NCBI GenBank assembly: GCA_030765505.1
Contig: JAVCCL010000026.1
Coordinates: 34,679 to 98,678, forward strand
Direction: 5' to 3'
Origin: Candidatus Kaelpia imicola
GTDB lineage: Bacteria > Omnitrophota > Gorgyraeia > Kaelpiales > Kaelpiaceae
DNA: 64,000 nucleotides
Position numbers and translations under genes: made by a program. Below are positions 59,827-64,000 of the stretch, in pieces (the stretch's first letter is position 1; every line of letters starts with the position of its first letter). Under the pieces are notes generated by a model that saw nothing but the letters and a program-made list of their open reading frames with translations, did not search any database and was not told the origin of the DNA.

Positions 59827-61217
59827 AAATACTGCTAATCAACCCGTTTACAGAGGGAAGGATAGTATATGGAGGTCTATCGCCCTTTTCTCCATTTTTA
59901 CCGCCGCTGGGACTCTGCTATTTAGCCTCTTTTTTAGAGAAGAACGGCTACGCTGTTAAAATTTTGGATTTAAATATTTTAAGTAATATCAATATCATTG
60001 ATTCTATCAATTTATTTGATCCGGATATCATCGGCGTTACATCGACAACCGTAGCTTTTAATTCTGCAAAAAAACTTTTACAGATTATAAAAACAAGCTT
60101 TCCGGACAAAATCACTGTACTGGGAGGACCTCATATAAGTGTTTTACCCTCGGAAGCTATGGCTGAGTGTCCGGATATAGATATCGGTGTCATTGGTGAA
60201 GGGGAGGTTACGTTTTGTGAACTCTCTAATGCTATAAGCAATAAACATGACCTTGGTTTGTGCAAAGGAATTATTTTTAGAAAAAATAACACTACGGTAA
60301 GGACAGGTTCCATGCCGCTAATCGATAATCTTGATATATTACCTTTACCGGCCCGACATCTTTTGAATGATTTTAATAAATATCATCACCATTTCTTAAG
60401 AGGAGGAAAGAAAATCTCCTCTATGATCACAAGCAGGGGGTGCCCTTATGCATGCACATTCTGTGATCAAACGGTTTTTGGCAGAGAGGTAAGAGGGCAT
60501 AGCCCGGGCTATATATGCGAAGAGATTAAAATGTTAAAAAGAGATTTCAATATAGATTTTATCTCCTTTGAAGATGATAGTTTCAATTACAGCAGCAAAA
60601 GATTAAGAAATATCTGCCAGGAAATAATAAAAGAAAACTTAAATATTTTCTGGGGATGCAGCATACGAATAGACACTATCGACAGAGAAGACGTACAGCT
60701 CATGAAGAGGGCAGGTTGCAATAAGATTTATATAGGAATAGAGACGCTGAACAATAGAATTCGTAAATTAATAAATAAACAGACAGAAGACAGTCTGTTA
60801 ATGGAAAAGATAAAAATTGTTAGGGATTTCGATATAAAAATTAATGCATCATTTATGATAGGATTTCCGACAGAGACAGAGAAGGAGATAGCAGAAACAA
60901 TAGATAGGGCAATAAGACTACCTGTTGACGGAGAAATTTTCTGTCTCTATACACCTTACCCCGGAACTCCGTTACGAAAATTAGCTAAAGAGAATGGTGT
61001 AGTGAGCAGTGATTGGAATACCTATTCTAATCATCTCAGTACTAATGCCTTTTATCCGAACAATATAGATGTAAAGATATTAAATAAATTGCTTTTTTCA
61101 GCATACAAAAAATTTTACTTCAGTTTTAAGTTTCTCAGAAAAAATTGTTATAACACGCGTATTCTTAGACAGTTAATAAAATATTTACTTAGAGAACGGC
61201 TTAAGAGTGCATATTGA
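59823..61217 (+). CDS. B12-binding domain radical SAM protein
   Basis: 464 aa. N-terminal cobalamin-binding-like domain (MKILLINP...LGLCYLASFLEKNGYAVKILD). CxxxCxxC at nt 60441-60464 (RGCPYACTFC). Confidence 0.85.
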   Translation: MKILLINPFTEGRIVYGGLSPFSPFLPPLGLCYLASFLEKNGYAVKILDLNILSNINIIDSINLFDPDIIGVTSTTVAFNSAKKLLQIIKTSFPDKITVLGGPHISVLPSEAMAECPDIDIGVIGEGEVTFCELSNAISNKHDLGLCKGIIFRKNNTTVRTGSMPLIDNLDILPLPARHLLNDFNKYHHHFLRGGKKISSMITSRGCPYACTFCDQTVFGREVRGHSPGYICEEIKMLKRDFNIDFISFEDDSFNYSSKRLRNICQEIIKENLNIFWGCSIRIDTIDREDVQLMKRAGCNKIYIGIETLNNRIRKLINKQTEDSLLMEKIKIVRDFDIKINASFMIGFPTETEKEIAETIDRAIRLPVDGEIFCLYTPYPGTPLRKLAKENGVVSSDWNTYSNHLSTNAFYPNNIDVKILNKLLFSAYKKFYFSFKFLRKNCYNTRILRQLIKYLLRERLKSAY

Positions 61218-61461
61218 CTTACTGAAATATTAAAAACATGAATATAATAAAACTCCCGAAACTTTTATCTGTTTAAACAAAATCTTTATGCAACGGCTTT
61301 TGTATATTCTGATCATATAAGGCTGCAAAAAAATATTTGCACCTTCAAAGAACTTTTAATCTCAAAGTGTCCAAAATATGTTACACTACTTAATCTCTGC
61401 ATTATTTGCAATTCTCTTAACTGTATGGCATACTTTATAAAGAGGGGATTTTTACGCAAAT

Positions 61462-62565
61462 ATGAATAAAACAAAGGCGATAGGTATTACTTTATCTATA
61501 TTGGGGATTATCTTATTTATTCCTAATCTTGCAGATGCCAGGAGAATAAGAAACAGCTTAGATACACCAGAAATACGTGAATTATTACCTCTTATTGTAG
61601 AAGCAATTACAAACCAGGACAAAGAAGGGCTCAGTGCTCTTATTAATAGGGACTCTGCTATTAGTAGTAAGAACTGTTGGAATAATCTATTAAGCAATTT
61701 AGATAAAGATAGCTGGAAAGCAGAGACATACCGTGCACTTGCAATTACATCTAACTGTATCGGGGAATACAGAAATTCTGTTGAATATAGCAAACAGGCC
61801 GCAGAAGAATTTAAAAGCTTGGATATGATTGAAGATGCAGGAGATAGTCTTAAACAGGCCTCTACCATATTGAAACAGAACCTCTCCTGTTACGATGAAG
61901 CAATAGATCTGTGGATAGAATCTGCTGAGTGCTATAGGCAGGCAGAAAATTATTTGGAAGCGGGTAAAGTGTACTCTTGGGCTATAGACATTACTCTTAA
62001 TAATGTAACAAAATACAATGATGATTCACAGTGGCTCTTTGATACTTACCTTGCTTGTGCTGAATGCTTTAAGAAGGCAGGAAGCTATAAGAAGGCATCA
62101 GGGAAATATGATTCTGCAGCATATTTTGCATCTCAAAAACTGTATGATTTTGAATTATCCATACGTTATAACGCCAAATCAGCAGAATGTGCTTTAGGAG
62201 CAGCGGAACAATTCCTGGTTGAAGATAAACTGCAAGATGCACTGTTAATGTTTAGAAAAGCTGTCAAAAAATATAACCTTGCTGCAGCATTGTCAATAAC
62301 AAAGCTAAACAATAAAGCTGGCTCTGCGCTTTACAATAGCCTTATAGGTGAGACCTATTTTAAAATAGCTGAACTACATAATAAAATGGAAGAAACAGCG
62401 CTTGAAAAAGAAGCATGGAAAAAGGCAGCCAATCATTATAAAATTGCAATACGGATGTACTGCTTATCAAATAACAGATCTTTAGCAGAAGAGTTCAAGC
62501 TAAAAGTAGCTCTGAAATTTGAAAATGTAGGCATGTTCGAAAAAGCTGCGGAATTCTATGATTAA
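61462..62565 (+). CDS. secreted TPR/SNAP-like helical-repeat protein
   Basis: 367 aa. Signal peptide. Repeated AxEC(Y/F)(R/K)(Q/K)A helical hairpins. Confidence 0.5.
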   Translation: MNKTKAIGITLSILGIILFIPNLADARRIRNSLDTPEIRELLPLIVEAITNQDKEGLSALINRDSAISSKNCWNNLLSNLDKDSWKAETYRALAITSNCIGEYRNSVEYSKQAAEEFKSLDMIEDAGDSLKQASTILKQNLSCYDEAIDLWIESAECYRQAENYLEAGKVYSWAIDITLNNVTKYNDDSQWLFDTYLACAECFKKAGSYKKASGKYDSAAYFASQKLYDFELSIRYNAKSAECALGAAEQFLVEDKLQDALLMFRKAVKKYNLAAALSITKLNNKAGSALYNSLIGETYFKIAELHNKMEETALEKEAWKKAANHYKIAIRMYCLSNNRSLAEEFKLKVALKFENVGMFEKAAEFYD

Positions 62566-62879
62566 AGAGATCGTTTATATAAATGCGCTATAATTTTAAC
62601 AACATAATAGAGGGAGTAAGGTAAAAATAACAAGCTTTTTATTTAAATTTATATTGATTGCAATAATTTTAGATTTATTTTTCATTCCTAATCTCATTCA
62701 ATTTAATTTAATAAAAGAATAAACGCTCCTATACAAATAGAGATAAACAAATTCAAAAATTTTATCTTGACGCTGCCTATAGATAGCGTAAGATAAAAGA
62801 ATACTTTGGGTAAATCCTAATTCAAAAAGGAAAAGAGGGGCTGTAAAAAAATAAGACTGTTTTGAAAAAAAGGAATGGT

Positions 62880-64000
62880 ATGATTATGAAAAAACTATTA
62901 TTTACCCTCGCGGTAGTTTTTTATGCACTATCTCTATTCGGATTTAAAGCTTCGGCCTATGTGATCCCTTATCAGGATACCAGGGCAAGGGCATTTTATG
63001 TCTTTGGTCTCGAAGGTAATAATTTAGCCGGCGCAGAAGACAACAGGATGGAGATTGTTATTGATATACCGTCTGATGAACTATCCAGCGTGGTTATAGA
63101 GGTATACGACCCCGACACAGGAAATTTCTTTGACTGGCGGGAACCTATCTATGAAGTAAACTTTAAACCTACTCTTAACGAATGGAATACTACTTGCAGA
63201 TTTGAATTTTACGGTAGGGAGCTTCTTGATTCGGTTGAGCTTAACCTTTCGCGAGAGTGGGACAGAAAATGGTATCGATTCGGCCCTTACGACAAAAATC
63301 AGGGTGAAAAAGTTGATAAATATTACCGTTTTCGACTTGTTGCTACCGGAATTAGCGGAAGCGACCAGAACCTTTTCAAGATCCGAATATCTCCCGAAAG
63401 TGCCCAAAGCTACTCAGAAAAAGTTAAAATCCGCCTGCACCCAAAGGAAGGTAAAGAGATGTTTTTTTATCCCCAAATTCCAGCTGGAACTAAGAATGTA
63501 GTAATTGAAAACTACGACCTTGATATTGACGGCGGCACTAGCACTTTTGCCTCAGATGCCAGAAAAAGAGGACATAAGATAAGTGTTTCTGAGAGCGGCC
63601 AGTGGAGTCAGACAGTTGTTCCGGTATATTCCGATACTGGAGGCAGCATGGTATATACCATTACCAAAGGTACTCAAAGATATTCAAATGTAGCAATACA
63701 GATGAAGACCGATAAGGGAGAATCTATCCCTATATATTTCAAAAAAGGTACTTATAGAGTAGTAAAAAAAGTTGTGGCTCCAGTAAAACCGAAACCGGCT
63801 CCGAAACCGACTCTGAAACCTATTCTAGAGAAGAAAACTCAATGTAATAAATTTACTTTTGATGCCACCAAATCTTATGATCTCGATAAGAAGGAACTTA
63901 ATTTTCTCTGGGACTTTGGTGACGGTACCACCAGCACAGAACCTGTTATAACTCATATATATGAAAAGGGCGGGGAATATACAGTAACGCTTACTGTTAG
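62880..64000 (+). CDS. secreted protein with C-terminal PKD domain (3'-partial, runs off window)
   Basis: Open frame with no stop from ATG 62880/62886 to the window end. Missing from the ORF track because no stop is reached. Signal peptide MKKLLFTLAVVFYALSLFGFKASA. The last ~60 aa read FDATKSYDLDKKELNFLWDFGDGTTSTEPVITHIYEKGGEYTVTLTV, the PKD-domain consensus (WDFGDG...H.Y...G.Y.V.LTV). Confidence 0.6.
   Translation, partial: MIMKKLLFTLAVVFYALSLFGFKASAYVIPYQDTRARAFYVFGLEGNNLAGAEDNRMEIVIDIPSDELSSVVIEVYDPDTGNFFDWREPIYEVNFKPTLNEWNTTCRFEFYGRELLDSVELNLSREWDRKWYRFGPYDKNQGEKVDKYYRFRLVATGISGSDQNLFKIRISPESAQSYSEKVKIRLHPKEGKEMFFYPQIPAGTKNVVIENYDLDIDGGTSTFASDARKRGHKISVSESGQWSQTVVPVYSDTGGSMVYTITKGTQRYSNVAIQMKTDKGESIPIYFKKGTYRVVKKVVAPVKPKPAPKPTLKPILEKKTQCNKFTFDATKSYDLDKKELNFLWDFGDGTTSTEPVITHIYEKGGEYTVTLTV

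Noticed and set aside
61330-61351. Weak hairpin TGCAAA-aaaata-TTTGCA downstream of the 59823 rSAM gene
   Set aside because: It is a 6-bp all-A/T-dominated stem with no following U-tract. It is not a credible intrinsic terminator.
61452-61868. 138-aa minus-strand ORF overlapping the start of the 61462 gene
   Set aside because: The + strand gene has a signal peptide and a repeat architecture. The minus ORF is hydrophobic and low-complexity with no RBS.
63081-63501. ORF-track entries 63081..63407 (-) and 63202..63501 (+)
   Set aside because: Both are overlapped by the longer uninterrupted + frame (62880 to window end) that has a signal peptide and a PKD domain. They are alternative-frame artefacts.
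1-64000. Search for CRISPR arrays, tRNA/rRNA genes and tandem DNA repeats in intergenic regions
   Set aside because: There are no regularly spaced direct repeats, no cloverleaf-compatible ~75-nt segments with conserved T-loop GTTCRA in the larger intergenic gaps (22,000-22,100; 23,600-24,030; 43,000-43,140; 49,610-49,900; 52,020-52,225; 53,725-53,945; 62,570-62,880), and no rRNA-like conserved blocks. None is called.

Overview
This 64 kb window is an AT-rich, gene-dense bacterial chromosomal segment, most likely from an uncultivated lineage (inference only). About 56 of 57 plausible genes are on the + strand, many with 1–4 nt start/stop overlaps. Three regions stand out.

(1) Positions 163–18,600 form one tightly packed operon. 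It begins with an ABC-2 permease and an ABC ATPase carrying a ~400-aa C-terminal extension (Wzm/Wzt-like). Two adjacent mega-ORFs of 1917 aa and 1311 aa follow. Together they carry seven radical-SAM CxxxCxxC cores. The first ORF has one B12-binding rSAM plus three tandem SPASM/twitch-type modules, with a CBM6/35-like beta-sandwich between modules 2 and 3. The second ORF has one SPASM-type module plus two B12-binding rSAM modules and a C-terminal membrane anchor. Two GT1 glycosyltransferases, a stand-alone B12-rSAM and a GT2 glycosyltransferase complete the operon. I read this as an ABC-transporter-dependent glycan (or glycolipid) pathway with unusually heavy radical-SAM tailoring, and it is the main candidate for a novel system in the window.

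(2) Positions 18,588–47,340 and 51,069–58,028 are mostly housekeeping: panB, a YihY-family protein, an M48 peptidase, gatCAB, ctpA, a YibQ-like deacetylase, tsaD, mgtC, polA, glgA, coaE, rho, a LOG-family protein, a cyclophilin, yajQ, an RRM protein, a Pif1-like helicase and typA. Interspersed are a bactofilin–HTH fusion with an HTH paralog, an outer-membrane/TPR gene cluster, and a 1066-aa surface coiled-coil protein carrying a 53-nt near-identical direct repeat.

(3) Positions 23,580–24,700 are a decayed mobile-element scar. It holds a DDE transposase C-terminal fragment, a startless open frame, and a 51-aa 5' duplicate of the membrane-protein gene at 49,905.

A ninth rSAM domain (B12-binding) sits at 59,823–61,217 next to a polytopic membrane protein. 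The 3' end of the window holds an unlisted partial ORF with a PKD domain. I recognised no rRNA, tRNA or CRISPR array.
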